A stretch of 64,000 nt of DNA from an uncultured Gemmatimonadota bacterium (lineage in GTDB: Bacteria; Gemmatimonadota; Gemmatimonadetes; Palauibacterales; Palauibacteraceae). Below, piece by piece: positions 29,816 to 39,201 of the stretch. The DNA is taken from contig CAZJXR010000001.1 of NCBI GenBank assembly GCA_964550085.1, positions 13,027 through 77,026 on the forward strand, written 5' to 3'. The translations under genes and the position numbers were made by a program. Numbering within the stretch: position 1 is the first letter of the stretch; each line of letters opens with the position of its first letter. The notes under the pieces were generated by a model. That model was not told the origin of the DNA and did not search any database. It saw nothing but the letters and a program-made list of their open reading frames with translations.

Positions 29816-29818
29816 CGG

Positions 29819-30559
29819 TCAAAAGTAGTACCACAGGGTGAGGCTGAGCTCGAAGTTGTTGATCCAATCCGAGCTCTCCGCCGTCGGCGCCCCTTCCTCG
29901 GCGATCTTGAGCAGGATGTCAGGCCGGAAGAAGCCCTCCGGGGCCTGGATGCGATACAGGTGATCCCGGATCTCGGCCGCCAGGCCGACCTTCTGACCGA
30001 ACAGCCGCTCGATTCCGAGGCCGAGGTCGAACACCGGCTGGGTTCCGAGCTCGAAGCGGAACGGACCGGATGGAATCGCCAGCTCCGGACTCCGCTCCTC
30101 GTTCACCCCGAAGATGACGCCACCGCCGAGCACCAGATAGGGCTGAATGGCGTGCCACGTCCGCGCTCCGGTGAACGAGAACTGCACGCCCCCCTGCAGA
30201 ATGATCCAGTTGAGGCCGACCGTGTCGATCGGTGTCGGATACGTGTCCACTCGGGGATCGATCACGTACAGGTCCGGACTCAACCCGTAGCCGGTGTTGA
30301 TCTCGAGCGACAGGGGACTGCTCACGCGCACCCGAAGTCGGGCGCCGATATCCGGCGTCGGTCCGGGACCCATGTCGAGCATGCCACGGTTGGCGAACAG
30401 GTACCCGCCGTAGACGCCGACGCGAAACCCGGGCTCGATCCACCGGTACGGCGTGTCGATCGCGTCGCCGCCCTCGAGCTCGAAGTCCTGGGCACGCAGA
30501 TCCGGCACGAACATCAGGAACAGGACGGCGCAGCAGGATGTCAGGCGCTGGATTCGCAA
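29819..30559 (-). CDS. Outer-membrane beta-barrel (porin-like) protein
   Basis: Alternating amphipathic beta-strands, C-terminal ...LTLWYYF ending in Phe (OMP signature). TTG start at 30559 with GAGG RBS gives signal MRIQRLTSCCAVLFLMFVPDLRAQ. Track ORF extends to 30799. Confidence 0.5.
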   Translation of the reverse strand: MRIQRLTSCCAVLFLMFVPDLRAQDFELEGGDAIDTPYRWIEPGFRVGVYGGYLFANRGMLDMGPGPTPDIGARLRVRVSSPLSLEINTGYGLSPDLYVIDPRVDTYPTPIDTVGLNWIILQGGVQFSFTGARTWHAIQPYLVLGGGVIFGVNEERSPELAIPSGPFRFELGTQPVFDLGLGIERLFGQKVGLAAEIRDHLYRIQAPEGFFRPDILLKIAEEGAPTAESSDWINNFELSLTLWYYF

Positions 30560-30741
30560 GTCGGTGCCTCGGTTCTCTTTGTCCGGGGGCTCGTGCTCCC
30601 ACACTGGTGGGCTGCAGCGCGTCGATACCACCCCACGGCGGGCGACGAGTTCTGATTGACATGGTTTCCGCCCGGTCTCTATACTCGACCGGGCCGATGG
30701 GTACGACCTTGCGACGACGACGGCGGCCTGCCAGGCGCCGC

Positions 30742-31866
30742 ATGAACCTCTGTCGATCGGCGACGGAATGTAGACGGGCAGATCGGGCATTTCCAGCATT
30801 CCGGAGCCGGTTTCGACCGTACTCCATCCCAGCCGTCGTGGCCCTGGCCGTGCTCACCGCCGTCCCGGCCGCCCGCGGTCAGACCGTGGTGGTGGCCATT
30901 CCGCAGGAGAACATTCGTCAGCCGCCGCAGGGCGCAACCCCCGGGAAGCTGCTCGGGACCGTGTACGAGGGCACCCCGCTGGCGGTGGTCGGGCGTCGAG
31001 CGCAGTGGCGCCAGGTGACGCTCGAAGGCTGGATCTGGTCGGAGTCGGTTCGCACCACGGCGCGCGACGGCTTCGACCTGGTCGTCGCCAAGCGGGGCGG
31101 CGAGAATCTGCGGGCGCTGCCCAACGGACCGGTTCTCGGCCGTCTCCTGCAGGGCTTTCTCCTCGAGCGGATCGGCCAGCAGGGCGGGTGGACCCGCGTG
31201 CGGCGAACGGCGTGGATTTGGGGTCCGTCACTCGGCGCGCCGCCGCCCGAGTCGGCGCCCGAGACGCAGACGCCGACCGCCGAGCCGCAGGTCGCCGCCG
31301 AGGTGGATCCCGGTGCGCCGGTGTCCGACCGATCCACGGCCGCCGATCGGTCGTCGACATCCTCCGATCGCCTCGCGGTTCCGGAGGGGGGAGCGTACCT
31401 GCTCGTGTCGCCCGACGGGGATACGCTCGGTCACCTCGAACCCGGGGCGGATCTGCGCGTCCTCGCCCGACAGGGAACATGGGCGCGGGTGCGACTCGAC
31501 GCGTGGGTATGGACGCCGAGCTTCCTGACCGAAGAGGAACAGGCGAGCACCCAGCATCTCGGCGCCAGCGACCTGCGGGCGAATCCCGAGGCTTACAACG
31601 GACGTACCGTCCAGTGGGAGGTGCAGTTCGTGTCCATGGAGCAGGCCGACGCGGTGAGGACGGACTTCTACGAGGGTGAACATTTCATCCTCGCCCGTGC
31701 CCCGGACGCGTCGGATGGCTTCGTGTACCTGGCGGTGCCCCCGGAACTGGTCCCGGTGGCCGCGGAATTCCGGCCGTTGCAGACGATCCGGGTGCTGGCG
31801 CGCGTGCGCACCGGCGCTTCGTCGCAGATGGGCGCCCCGATCCTCGACCTTCTCGCCGCTGAATAG
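30742..31866 (+). CDS. Secreted protein with three SH3b-like repeats (GxW.RV...WIW)
   Basis: Repeats RAQWRQVTLEGWIWSE, QQGGWTRVRRTAWIWGP and RQGTWARVRLDAWVWTP. Hydrophobic signal-like segment SIPAVVALAVLTAVPAARGQ after a long basic N-region. ATG at 30742. Confidence 0.45.
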   Translation: MNLCRSATECRRADRAFPAFRSRFRPYSIPAVVALAVLTAVPAARGQTVVVAIPQENIRQPPQGATPGKLLGTVYEGTPLAVVGRRAQWRQVTLEGWIWSESVRTTARDGFDLVVAKRGGENLRALPNGPVLGRLLQGFLLERIGQQGGWTRVRRTAWIWGPSLGAPPPESAPETQTPTAEPQVAAEVDPGAPVSDRSTAADRSSTSSDRLAVPEGGAYLLVSPDGDTLGHLEPGADLRVLARQGTWARVRLDAWVWTPSFLTEEEQASTQHLGASDLRANPEAYNGRTVQWEVQFVSMEQADAVRTDFYEGEHFILARAPDASDGFVYLAVPPELVPVAAEFRPLQTIRVLARVRTGASSQMGAPILDLLAAE

Positions 31867-31881
31867 AACGGAGCCGAACCG

Positions 31882-33795
31882 ATGGGTATCGCCGCCTCGC
31901 TCAGCATTCTCGCCGCCCTGCAGGCGAGTCCCGCTCCCAGTCAGGTGACGGTGCAGCCGGCGACGGCGCTGGTGCCCGTCGACTCCTCGCTGCGACTGGA
32001 GGCGGCGGCCTACGATGCCGACGGCGAGCGCCTGCAATTCGACCGACAACCTCGCTGGTTCACCCCGGACGATGAGATCGTCTCGGTCGATGCGAACGGC
32101 GTGGTGACCGCCCGGAGGCCCGGCGAGGCCAAGGTGGTGGCGCTCCTGCGCGGCAAGTCTGGGCAGGCCGTGATCACCGTGCCCCAGCTCCCTCCGGACG
32201 CGCTGGCCCTCGCCCTCGAGGTCGAGGCCATCCCGGCGAACACGACCGCGTTGCTTGCGGTGACGGCGCGGACTCGTCTCGGTGATGAGGTGGAAACGAC
32301 CGGGGTTCGGCTCGAGAGCGCAGACGGTGCGATCGCCGAGGTGGACGAGAGCGGCCGCGTGTGGGCGGGAAAGGTGGGAACCACCACCATCCGGGCCACG
32401 CTCGGCGAAGCGAGCGCCGAGATCGCGGTGCGGGTAATCGACAATCCGGCCACCACCTACGAGCTGCAGCCACGCGCGGCCGTCGTGCAGACGGGAGACG
32501 TCGTGCGGTTCCAGGTGATGGGCCGCTCCCGCTCCGGTCAGGAGCTGCATGGCTATCGACCGCTCTGGTCGGTGAGCGGGGCCGGTTCCCAGATCGAGCC
32601 GGAGGGCGAGCAAGGAGTGTTCGTGGCCGAGGAGCCCGGCACCTACCGCGTCACCGCTCGGGTGGGGGCGAATCAGACGTTGAGCTCGACGGTCGAGGTC
32701 GAGCCGCGGCGCGCCCGCGGTCAGCTGTCCAAGGTGGGGCGCGGGCCGATTCGCACCCATCACTCCGCCGACATGTGGGTGTTCGAGGGCGTCGATGGTC
32801 GCGACTACGCCTACGTCGGCACCTTCGGTCATGACTGGATGATGGCCTTCGACGTGACGGATCCGACGCGACCCGTGGTCACCGACTCCGTGCAGGTCGA
32901 TGCGCGCCGCATCAACGACGTGAAGATCCACCCCGCCAACCGGCTGGCGATCATCACCCGGGAGGGAGCGTCGGACCGACACAACGGAATCGTCCTGCTC
33001 GACCTCGCCGAACCGGCTCACCCGGTCATTCTCTCCGAATACACGGAGACGGTTACCGGCGGGGTGCACAACGTCTGGATCCGCGGCGATCAGGAGCTCG
33101 TCTACCTGGCACACAACGGGACATCGGAGATGCACATCGTGGACATTTCCGACCCATCGCAGCCCCACGAAGTCGGCCGCTGGGGACTCGACAAGGAGGG
33201 CAAGACTCTGCACGACGTCATCGTTCAGGATGGATACGCGTATCTGTCCTACTGGAACGATGGGCTGATCATGCTCGACGTGGGCGCCGGGTCGCACGGG
33301 GGAACGCCGACCGAGCCACAGCTCGTCAGTCAGTTCAAGTATCCGGTGGGTCACACCCACACGGCTTGGCGGCATGGTCGCTATCTGTTCGTCGGAGACG
33401 AGATCTTTCCCCCCGACTGGGACGCGGACAGGCCGATCGAAGCGGCCGGCTACGTTCACGTCATCGACTACTCGGATATCGAGCGCCCACGAGAGGTGGC
33501 GCGCTATGAGGTGCCGGAGGCCGGCGCCCACAACTTCTGGGTGGAGGATGACCTGCTGTATGTGGGTTACTATCAGGGTGGTCTCCGGGTCGTGGACGTG
33601 TCCGGGGAGTTGCGTGGAGACCTGTACCGGCAGGGTCGGGAGCTGGCGGTGTTGAAGACCACCGACGCGGATGCGGTGGTGCCGAACTGGCCGATGGCGT
33701 TCGGTGCTCAACCTTTCAAGGGCAACCTCTTCCTCTCCGATTTCAACTCCGGGCTCTGGATCGCGCGCTTCCAGGGCGAGCCGCTGGTTCCGTGA
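31882..33795 (+). CDS. Surface protein with N-terminal Big_2 Ig-like domains and C-terminal LVIVD-repeat beta-propeller
   Basis: Big_2-like segments (IVSVDANGVVTARRPGEAKVVA) and five LVIVD repeats (GIVLLDLAEP, MHIVDISDP, GLIMLDVG, YVHVIDYSD, GLRVVDVSG). Confidence 0.65.
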   Translation: MGIAASLSILAALQASPAPSQVTVQPATALVPVDSSLRLEAAAYDADGERLQFDRQPRWFTPDDEIVSVDANGVVTARRPGEAKVVALLRGKSGQAVITVPQLPPDALALALEVEAIPANTTALLAVTARTRLGDEVETTGVRLESADGAIAEVDESGRVWAGKVGTTTIRATLGEASAEIAVRVIDNPATTYELQPRAAVVQTGDVVRFQVMGRSRSGQELHGYRPLWSVSGAGSQIEPEGEQGVFVAEEPGTYRVTARVGANQTLSSTVEVEPRRARGQLSKVGRGPIRTHHSADMWVFEGVDGRDYAYVGTFGHDWMMAFDVTDPTRPVVTDSVQVDARRINDVKIHPANRLAIITREGASDRHNGIVLLDLAEPAHPVILSEYTETVTGGVHNVWIRGDQELVYLAHNGTSEMHIVDISDPSQPHEVGRWGLDKEGKTLHDVIVQDGYAYLSYWNDGLIMLDVGAGSHGGTPTEPQLVSQFKYPVGHTHTAWRHGRYLFVGDEIFPPDWDADRPIEAAGYVHVIDYSDIERPREVARYEVPEAGAHNFWVEDDLLYVGYYQGGLRVVDVSGELRGDLYRQGRELAVLKTTDADAVVPNWPMAFGAQPFKGNLFLSDFNSGLWIARFQGEPLVP

Positions 33796-33949
33796 CCCGC
33801 CCCCCCACCCACCCGTCCTTCATACCGGACCGCAAAGTCCGCGGAGTCAGCAGGTCGCGTTTGGCGATCTGCTAGGGATTCCCGCACCGGGCCGCTATGT
33901 TAGCCCCATCCGGTGGGGGTTGATCGTGCACTCCGCCCGGAGACGCCGA

Positions 33950-35350
33950 ATGGACAGACGCAGCGGTCATAGAAGTTGGCCCCGCGATTTCGCCGTGGTG
34001 GGAGGGTCCGGGAGCGACGGATCCGTGATCCATCTGAAGCGCAGAATGCCCGTTTCGCGCGCGATTCGATGGAGCCCCCGTCAGGCAGAATCCCGCGGTC
34101 CCGCCGATGCGGGCGCAGCGACGGCATACGAGCTGTTCGTAACCCAACGTGCCCTGAGACAGCTCCGCGATCAGCAGCGCGCGGGCAGCCGCAGTGGTGC
34201 ATTCGGCTTTCTTTACGGAGAACTGTTCGAATGCACGAAGTCCGCCCTGCGTTACTCGGTGGTCGACGCGACGGTGGCCGCATCGTCCCGCTTCGATGAG
34301 TCGCGTCAGGAAGCGGTGCTGGACCGCGAGTGGCCCACGGTGCAGAAGTGGAGCGAGAAGCTCGGGCTGGCTGTGGCCGGCTGGTACCACACGCATCCGC
34401 ATCTTGGAGTCGTCTTGTCCGAGGCGGATGCCGGGACGCACGTCCAATGGTTCAGGGAGCCGTGGCAGACGGCGCTCGTGTTCGCACGGCGCGGTCGAGA
34501 CTGGGACGCGGGTTTCTTCCGTTACACGACCCGAGGCGGCCTGTCGCGCGTGCATCCGGCGGCCTTCTTCGAGCTGCTGGATCGGCTTCCCGAGGCGGGG
34601 AGCGCCAAGGTGACGTATGTGGACTGGGAAGGTTACATCACCGATGAATCGGTCGTTCCCCCGGCCGAGGATGTCGTCGAATCGGTGGTGGAAGCCGAAG
34701 CGGTGATCGAAAGTGCCGAATCGGTGATGGAAGAAGAGCGAATCGACCCGCCGCCCGAGGAGCAGGAGGCGTTCGAGGAGCGCGACATCGATCGCGACGA
34801 AGTGGCCGCGTCGGAGGCCGAAGAGCGGTTGCGGGACGTGCTCGGCGAGTTCGCCCACGATCGCGACAGCGAGATCACGCTGGTGCTGGCCAAGAAGGAC
34901 GGCGCCTCTCCCTTCGATCTGGACGCGATCCTCAGACGGGTCCGGTGGCCATGGATTCTCGGGCTGGCGGTCGTCCTGTTGGCCGGCTGGCTGATGGTGA
35001 ACGCCCTGCGCCGGCCTCCGGAGCCGCGTCCGCTGCCGCCGAGCCCGGCCCCCACCCGACCCGTGTCGCCGGCGGTGGCGGAGTTCGACGGCGCCGCGCG
35101 CGACCTGTCACGGGCGATCGCGGGGTACGCCGAGCGCAGGAACGATTTCGACCTGGGTCGCATCGACTGTTCCGGGCTCGCGGCCGGCTACCGGATCGCG
35201 GACGAGGCGCTGGTGACCGTCTCGCAGCGCTTCGTGGCCGCCCGGGCCGAGCTCGGGGCCCGACAGGCCGAGATGTACGATGAACTCGTGTCTCGGATGG
35301 ACACCGTCAACCAGCACTTCGACTCAACGGGATGCGCCCGCCCAGAATGA
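33950..35350 (+). CDS. Membrane-anchored JAMM/MPN+ (Mov34) family metalloprotease with C-terminal extracytoplasmic domain
   Basis: Complete JAMM motif: E in FLYGELFE, then WYHTHPHLGVVLSEAD (HxHx7Sx2D). Acidic linker, single TM WILGLAVVLLAGWLMVNAL, then a Pro-rich ~110-aa C-terminal domain with two Cys. ATG at 33950 has a GGAGA RBS; ATG 34046 is an alternative. Confidence 0.6.
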   Translation: MDRRSGHRSWPRDFAVVGGSGSDGSVIHLKRRMPVSRAIRWSPRQAESRGPADAGAATAYELFVTQRALRQLRDQQRAGSRSGAFGFLYGELFECTKSALRYSVVDATVAASSRFDESRQEAVLDREWPTVQKWSEKLGLAVAGWYHTHPHLGVVLSEADAGTHVQWFREPWQTALVFARRGRDWDAGFFRYTTRGGLSRVHPAAFFELLDRLPEAGSAKVTYVDWEGYITDESVVPPAEDVVESVVEAEAVIESAESVMEEERIDPPPEEQEAFEERDIDRDEVAASEAEERLRDVLGEFAHDRDSEITLVLAKKDGASPFDLDAILRRVRWPWILGLAVVLLAGWLMVNALRRPPEPRPLPPSPAPTRPVSPAVAEFDGAARDLSRAIAGYAERRNDFDLGRIDCSGLAAGYRIADEALVTVSQRFVAARAELGARQAEMYDELVSRMDTVNQHFDSTGCARPE

Positions 35351-37758
35351 GCCGTAGTCTCCCGCGTTCCTTTTCGGTCGCGACCGCGGCCGTGGTGGCG
35401 GCGACCATCTGCGTCGCGCCCTCCTCGTTATCGGCCCAGCAGGCGAGCCCGCTGCAAAAGAGCGACGTGGTGCGGCTGCTGACCGGCAGCACCTACACGA
35501 AGGGAGAGATCGCCTCGATCATCGCCGGGAGCTGCCTCACCTTCTCGCCCACATCCAAAGACCTGGTGGACTTCCGGACTCTGGGCGCCGACGACGGCAT
35601 CATCGAGGCGATCGAGACGTGCGACACCGCGGCGTCGGTTGAGATCACGCCCTCGCGCACCAGCCTGGCGGCCTCCGTTCGCAGCAGCGTGCGAATCGAC
35701 GTGCGGGTCACGCGCAACTCCCGCCCGGTGAGCGAGTTCGCGCTCGCGCTCCGCGGCAGCGGACGCATTCCCGGTGGTGCCGCCGGTGATCTGAGTGCCA
35801 CGACCGACGCCGATGGGCGTGCGAGTTTCACCGTGCCGACCGGGACGGCGGTCGCAGCCTACCGTCTCGCGATCGCGCCGGCGGCCGGGGATCCTGCGGC
35901 GGCGCGTACGGTTTCGCTCTCCGTCACCGCCGCCAGAGCCGCCTCCGTCTCGCTGCAGCCGGGGCGCCTCGCTCTGGCCGCCGGAGCGTCCAGCGCCACG
36001 GTGACCGCGAAGGTGACGGATGAGTTTGGTAACCCGGTCACCGGTGCCTCGGTCGGCTTGCGCGCGGCGCGGTCGGGCTCCGACGCTCTCGTCGCCGCCG
36101 GCACTACCGACGGGGCGGGCGAAGTGCGGCTGCGGGTAGACGCGACGCGGGTCGGCGGCAGCCGCGAGCTGGAGGTGGTCGTCGATGCGATCGTTCTCGG
36201 CGCTCTCGCCGTTACGGTGACCGCGCCGTCGCCCGAGAACTCGGCCTTCGTCGCCGGCACCGAGCAGCGGGCCGAACGCGGGGCGGTCCTGCCGGAACGT
36301 CTGGTGTTCGAGCTCCGGGACGCGAACGGCGATCCGGTGTCCGGAGCCGCAGTCGCGTTTACGGTCACCAACGGCGAGGTCGACGTCGCGCGCGGGGTGA
36401 CGGACGAACGGGGTCGCATCAGCGTCGCGGTGACGATCGGCAGCGAGGACGGACCGACGGTGGTCACAGCGGCGGTCGGCTCGCTGGACAAGCGAGTCGT
36501 CTTCGAGCCGTTGCCGGAGCCGGTCGCTCCGGACACGGCTCAGGCACGGCAGCTGGCCGGAGCGGCCGATCTTCTCGCCAGCGGCCAGTACGCCGCGGCG
36601 TACGAGGCGTACGAGGCAATCCTGGCCGACGATCCGTCCCAGATCGACGCATTGGTGGGTTCCGGCCAGAGCCTCGCCGCGCAGGGTCGCGAAGCGGAAG
36701 CAGCCACCCGGTTCCGGGAAGCGCTCCGCCTCTCTCCTTCGCGCCGTGACGCCCAGCGGGGTCTGGCGTTCGCCTTGCTCGAGTCCGGGAACCCGGGTGG
36801 TGCTCTCACCTGGTTCGAAATCACGGTCCGCCAGACGCCGAACGACGTGGCGCTGTGGGTCGGGCTGGCCCGGTCGCGCGCCGCGGTCGGACAGGCGATG
36901 GGCGCAAAGACTGCCTACGAGCGCGCCCTCCAACTCGATCCGGGCAACCGGGCGGCGGAACGGGGTCTCGCCGCGCTGGATCTTCCGCGACTCCCGCTCC
37001 TGGAGCTCGCCTTTCTCGGCGGCTACACGACGGAGAACGGACGGAGCGTCGGTCCCCGCATGGCGCAGGCCGTGGTGTGGCCCGTGCCGTCGTTCCGGCT
37101 CTGGTTCCGGTTCGACAACTTCCTGAGCATCGACAACCCCGCGTTCGTGCGCGGCGGGGACGATGTAGAGGGCTTCTACGGCGGAGCCGGCCTCGAGTGG
37201 GGTGAAGCGAGCCGTTACGCGACCAGCCTCGAGGTCGGTCGCCGCAACTGGCCCCCCGAGCCTACCACGACGCAGACTACCTGGCAGCTCGAGCAGAGCG
37301 CGAAGTTCCGGGGTGGTCGGGGCAACGTTATCGCCACGGTCGGGGGGTACTTCGGGCACTTCTTCGACCAGGACGACTGGATGGCGTGGGCGAAGGTGGG
37401 GGTGCCGGCCAGCCGCTCGCTCCTCATCGAGCCACAGATCTATTACGGAAACACGGCCAGTACCAACATCCGGGAGACCGGACGGGCTCAGGAGAAGGAA
37501 GGTCGCTTCGTGCTGTGGGCGAAATACGGATCCGCCGGCGGTTTGCAGGTGGAGCCAGGGTTCGGCGTCGGGAGCGTGAGCAGCGACCTCAGCGACGAGT
37601 TCTCCGGCACCCTGGTGGAGGGGCTGCTGCTCGCCAGGGCCCCGGTGGCGCGCGCCGGCCACCTCGAGCTCTTCTTCCGTTACCAATCGGTGCCGGGGAC
37701 CGACCCGTTCGCTACCGTGGCGCTGGGCTTCGACCTGACCCTTCCGCGATCCAATTGA
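35347..37758 (+). CDS. Large secreted protein: signal peptide, Big_1-like Ig domains, TPR repeats, C-terminal putative beta-barrel
   Basis: Signal RSFSVATAAVVAATICVAPSSLSAQQ. Ig-like repeats (SVSLQPGRLALAAGASSATVTAKVTDEFGNPVTGASVGL). TPR region (AAYEAYEAILADDPSQ..., GAKTAYERALQLDPGN). Last ~270 aa show alternating aromatic/hydrophobic beta-strand periodicity. ATGA overlap with the JAMM gene. Confidence 0.55.
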   Translation: MSRSLPRSFSVATAAVVAATICVAPSSLSAQQASPLQKSDVVRLLTGSTYTKGEIASIIAGSCLTFSPTSKDLVDFRTLGADDGIIEAIETCDTAASVEITPSRTSLAASVRSSVRIDVRVTRNSRPVSEFALALRGSGRIPGGAAGDLSATTDADGRASFTVPTGTAVAAYRLAIAPAAGDPAAARTVSLSVTAARAASVSLQPGRLALAAGASSATVTAKVTDEFGNPVTGASVGLRAARSGSDALVAAGTTDGAGEVRLRVDATRVGGSRELEVVVDAIVLGALAVTVTAPSPENSAFVAGTEQRAERGAVLPERLVFELRDANGDPVSGAAVAFTVTNGEVDVARGVTDERGRISVAVTIGSEDGPTVVTAAVGSLDKRVVFEPLPEPVAPDTAQARQLAGAADLLASGQYAAAYEAYEAILADDPSQIDALVGSGQSLAAQGREAEAATRFREALRLSPSRRDAQRGLAFALLESGNPGGALTWFEITVRQTPNDVALWVGLARSRAAVGQAMGAKTAYERALQLDPGNRAAERGLAALDLPRLPLLELAFLGGYTTENGRSVGPRMAQAVVWPVPSFRLWFRFDNFLSIDNPAFVRGGDDVEGFYGGAGLEWGEASRYATSLEVGRRNWPPEPTTTQTTWQLEQSAKFRGGRGNVIATVGGYFGHFFDQDDWMAWAKVGVPASRSLLIEPQIYYGNTASTNIRETGRAQEKEGRFVLWAKYGSAGGLQVEPGFGVGSVSSDLSDEFSGTLVEGLLLARAPVARAGHLELFFRYQSVPGTDPFATVALGFDLTLPRSN

Positions 37759-37799
37759 GCGGGCGCTCGAGCGGCAGGCCAGGGAGGTCACCTACCATC

Positions 37800-38117
37800 G
37801 TGGACAAGCCGTGGGGACGGGAGATCTGGTACGCGCACACGGATCGGTACGCCGGCAAGGTGCTGGAGGTCACGGCCGGTCACCTTCTTTCACTCCAGAA
37901 GCATCGCGTCAAGCACGAGACTCTGTTTCTGCACAGCGGAAGGATGCGCTTCACCCTCGGCGACGAGATGTTCGAGTGGGTGCCGGGGTCGGCGATCGAG
38001 GTCCCTCCTGACACGGTTCATCGCATGGAAGCGCTCGAAGACAGTGTGATCCTGGAGGTCAGTACGCCGGAGCTCGACGACGTCGTCCGGCTCGAGGACC
38101 GCTACGGCCGGCGGTAG
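37800..38117 (+). CDS. Cupin-domain protein
   Basis: VDKPWGREIWYAH..., HxH/E (LQKHRVKHETLFLHSG) and second motif (PPDTVHRMEA) fit the cupin two-motif pattern. GTG start after a GGGAGG RBS. Confidence 0.55.
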   Translation: MDKPWGREIWYAHTDRYAGKVLEVTAGHLLSLQKHRVKHETLFLHSGRMRFTLGDEMFEWVPGSAIEVPPDTVHRMEALEDSVILEVSTPELDDVVRLEDRYGRR

Positions 38118-38122
38118 GAGCG

Positions 38123-38647
38123 ATGACGGGGATGGTGGATCTGGTCGAAGGGCTCGGGCACCGGGAATACCCCCAGAGCTGGCTACTGATCGATGTGCTC
38201 GAGCGGCAGCCCCGGCTTCTGTCGCGAGAGGTTGTCGACCTGTCGCCCGGAGCGATCGAGCTCCGGCATGCCGCCAACGAACTTCGCCTATTCGCCGAGG
38301 CGCGAGAACGCTGGATCACGACTCGCGACGAAAGCAGCCTCGATGACCTCGACTCGCGGTACCGGCGCGACCTCTCGTTCGGACCGCGCATGATCTACTG
38401 CGTCGAGCACGATGCCTCTCGACTCATTCACGGCGGGAAGCCGTTTCGGCATCTGAGCGTGTGGCAGGGCGGCTCGATCCTCACGCCGGCCACTTCGGCC
38501 GAAATCGGCCTCTACTTCTACGGCAGACGGCCTGCTGCCTTCGGCTTCGTGGCCCCGGGTCGGGTCCACGGCTACATCGGAATGGAGTGGGAAGCGCTCG
38601 ATACGGAGGACATCCGTCGGTTGCTGAGTCGCGAGATGCGGAAATGA
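38123..38647 (+). CDS. Hypothetical protein
   Basis: 174 aa, no recognised motif. 5 nt downstream of the cupin gene. Confidence 0.4.
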   Translation: MTGMVDLVEGLGHREYPQSWLLIDVLERQPRLLSREVVDLSPGAIELRHAANELRLFAEARERWITTRDESSLDDLDSRYRRDLSFGPRMIYCVEHDASRLIHGGKPFRHLSVWQGGSILTPATSAEIGLYFYGRRPAAFGFVAPGRVHGYIGMEWEALDTEDIRRLLSREMRK

Positions 38648-38790
38648 AGAGCCCCGAGCCACGGACTGACTGCGGGGATAGGATCCAAAGGTGGGAGCCG
38701 TGGTCCCGGGGTCTTCGTGCTATGAAACACGGGTGACCGCCAAGGGTTCCCCGGGTTACGGACGCCGCGGACGCGCGCCGGGAGAGATAG

Positions 38791-39201
38791 ATGAACGGAG
38801 CGGCCGAGCCGAGAACAACGCAGGGCGACGGAACGGTGTTGCGAGTCGTGTATGGGGCACTGGTGGCGGGCGTGCTGGTGTTCGCCGCCGTCGCCCGGCT
38901 GCTCGTCGGGCCGGTGGGCGCGTTCGAAGAACTGCCCGTGCGCCTTGTATGGCTGACGGCCGCCGCAGCCTGCGTATTCGCCGCCGGCCTGTTCCGCACT
39001 CGCCTGGCCCGTGCCTCGGAACGGCCGTCACCCGGGCCGGCGCTGGTGGTATGGTCGTTGGCGGAGGGGCAGGCGCTGCTCGGGATCGTGGGCTATCTGC
39101 TGACCGGCGACGTGATCGTCTTCTGGGCGGCGCTCGCCGCCTTCGCCTACCTGTTCGCTCGTTATCGGCCGACGGTGTTCGTCACCCGTCCGCATCGATA
39201 G
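38791..39201 (+). CDS. Hypothetical small membrane protein (4 predicted TM helices)
   Basis: 136 aa with four hydrophobic stretches. Confidence 0.4.
   Translation: MNGAAEPRTTQGDGTVLRVVYGALVAGVLVFAAVARLLVGPVGAFEELPVRLVWLTAAAACVFAAGLFRTRLARASERPSPGPALVVWSLAEGQALLGIVGYLLTGDVIVFWAALAAFAYLFARYRPTVFVTRPHR

Noticed and set aside
38648-38790. Possible tRNA or small RNA in short intergenic gaps (38.65 kb, 53.2 kb)
   Set aside because: No T-loop (GTTCGA-like) or acceptor-stem complementarity was seen.
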